Source: Octopus bimaculoides | Lineage: Eukaryota | Direction of reading: 5' to 3' | Assembly (NCBI RefSeq): GCF_001194135.2 | Contig: NC_068987.1 | Span: forward strand, 103,064,923 to 103,102,249 | Length of the DNA stretch: 37,327 nt | In this document: positions 35,641 to 37,327 of the stretch, in pieces | Layout of the letters: the number at the start of each line of letters is the position of its first letter | How positions within the stretch are numbered: the stretch's first letter is position 1 | Notes under the pieces: generated by a model | What the model was told of the DNA's origin: nothing | Databases searched by the model: none | The model's input: the letters and a program-made list of their open reading frames with translations, nothing else | Translations under genes and position numbers: made by a program

Positions 35641-36924
35641 TCCGTAGATTCACATCACCAAAAAAACACCACGATTACAAATATCAATCATAGCTATGAC
35701 CTAATGAGCATACCTTTATTTGATCATTTAACCAGCTGGAAAGATCATCCGATTTACCTGAAATTCTCTGAGGGGTCCTAAAAATGGCAAGGACGTATTG
35801 GAGAATTCCGTGGATGATGTACACGGAGACATGACGATTGCGGCTGAAATGGTTTAATAATAGGTTTTCTAGATGACAATTGATCTAAACTCAAGCAGCA
35901 GATCCATCACTAGGTCACCGTTACCATCATCACAAGTATCTATTCTGTTCGAAAAACGATGGGATGTTTATATGTTTGAATGTCTTTCATGATAGATGAG
36001 TCAGGCTGAGTTTGGGCATTAGTTAATAAAAACCACAACACCAAGCTCGCGCAAATAAGAGGGTGCTTACGTGTACAATTCACGTGCTAGAAATAGTAAC
36101 CAAATGACCACTACATTAACAATCATTCGTCTTAAAGAAAACAAGCACATTGTATAATATATGCCTGCAGTCGATACAGATAGTAAAAGGACAGGATAGT
36201 CATAGCTGGAATACTTTGTATCGTATGTTTTCTCAGTCAGTGCTTTATTTAGCTATGCGCCAATAACCATAAAAATATTAACAGTTATATACTTTTACCT
36301 AGTTGGACATATCTGAAAAAAAAATAAATCATACGTCTTGTCAGTCAGGGCTAACGTAGGTTAAACAATAACAAACACCATACCTACAGAGTGCCACAGC
36401 GAAAATCGTTCAATACCCTAAGAATTGTAACTGATTCTGCATCAATGTAGGTCATGGTTGGCAATACTGTGGCGATACTGTGGCAAAAGAGCTCAGACTG
36501 ATCTAGGCTGCAATGTCTTTTGATCCCAATTAAAGCCAATATGGAGTCAAACAGCAAGAAAAGACACTACTAACAACAACAACAACTGAACAAAGGAACA
36601 GTTAATATTCGCTAAGTGTATTACCATATGGCAATTCCCCCACTAATAATATTTAGATAAACTTTGTCTTACATTGTCCAAGACTGAACAAAGATTGTCT
36701 GTATAAACGTGATAGTGGTGCGGTGGCAATCATTTTTCCGAATTCCTAATTACCATTCGTCAGCAGTAAATCCTGAAAGAGAAGTCTATTTGATGACGGG
36801 GCTAGATTAGAATTCAGAGAACAGAGATGCCTCAATGCATTTCATCTGAGGTGGATCATTCACCTTGGTGAGTTTTTATTTCTTTATTTTTTTTCATTAA
36901 CTCCAAATCGTTGATTCGTAGAGT

Positions 36925-37008
36925 TGGCCCCAGCAGGATTTGAGCTCAGAAGGTCAGAGTGAGTATCGCTATGCATTGTCCTTCACTCTACAGATCCTGC
37001 CAATTCGT
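36925..37008 (-). mobile_element. SINE family B head fragment, diverged
   Basis: ggatttgagctcagaag...gcatt...gatcctgccaattcg matches the minus-strand copy at 26280-26370. Confidence 0.55.
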
Positions 37009-37027
37009 AACACCTACGTGTGTGTGT

Positions 37028-37327
37028 GAAAAGGAAAAGGAAAAAACACCCGGAAGTCTCTCTGACCCAGTGGCTCCTCAAAAGAATGGATCACCCACTC
37101 CTATGAACAACCAGGCAGAAAAGGATAGTGGAGCCAAGGAAGCAGCAAATAGAAGCCCCTCTGTGCCAGTGGTCCTACAAAGGAAAGGAGCCCTCACCCC
37201 AATAGATAACCAGTGGAAAATAGTACCCACAAGAAAAGGAAGAACAAAAAGTAGAAAATCGCAAGGTGGATCCAATGCCATCCAAGACACCAAAGGAAAG
37301 AAGAAATTTGGAAGGCACCCAAAAACT
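37028..37327 (+). CDS. Stop-free K/S/P-rich frame running off the window end; possible non-LTR retrotransposon ORF1 or exon fragment
   Basis: EKEKEKTPGSLSDPVAPQKNGSPTPMNNQAEKDSGAKEAANRSPSVPVVLQRKGALTPIDNQWKIVPTRKGRTKSRKSQGGSNAIQDTKGKKKFGRHPKT. Base composition shifts to higher GC and purine-rich. It is absent from the ORF track because no stop falls inside the window. Confidence 0.35.

Overview
AT-rich, microsatellite-saturated eukaryotic DNA with about 11 assembly gaps, most flanked by simple repeats. The tRNA-derived SINE families and repeat texture suggest a coleoid cephalopod, probably Octopus (inference from recalled repeat families, no search run). I found no intact host protein-coding gene; nearly all entries in the ORF track are microsatellite or N-gap artefacts. 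The window is a transposon graveyard containing: a full-length decayed Tc1 (DD34E) element with TIRs (3877-5286); a Penelope-like retroelement remnant with RT and GIY-YIG (about 23233-24289, minus); an RTE LINE fragment (about 7993-8205); weaker Chapaev3-like, Tc1-like and Tc2-like remnants; and at least four tRNA-derived SINE families. The best second-look items are two minimal type-I hammerhead ribozyme motifs with self-complementary stem III, the Penelope-associated form (11378-11423 and 28141-28194), plus a fossil third copy. Others are an asymmetric IR/DR end structure in the Tc1, a 202-bp fold-back element, and an inverted SINE cluster.
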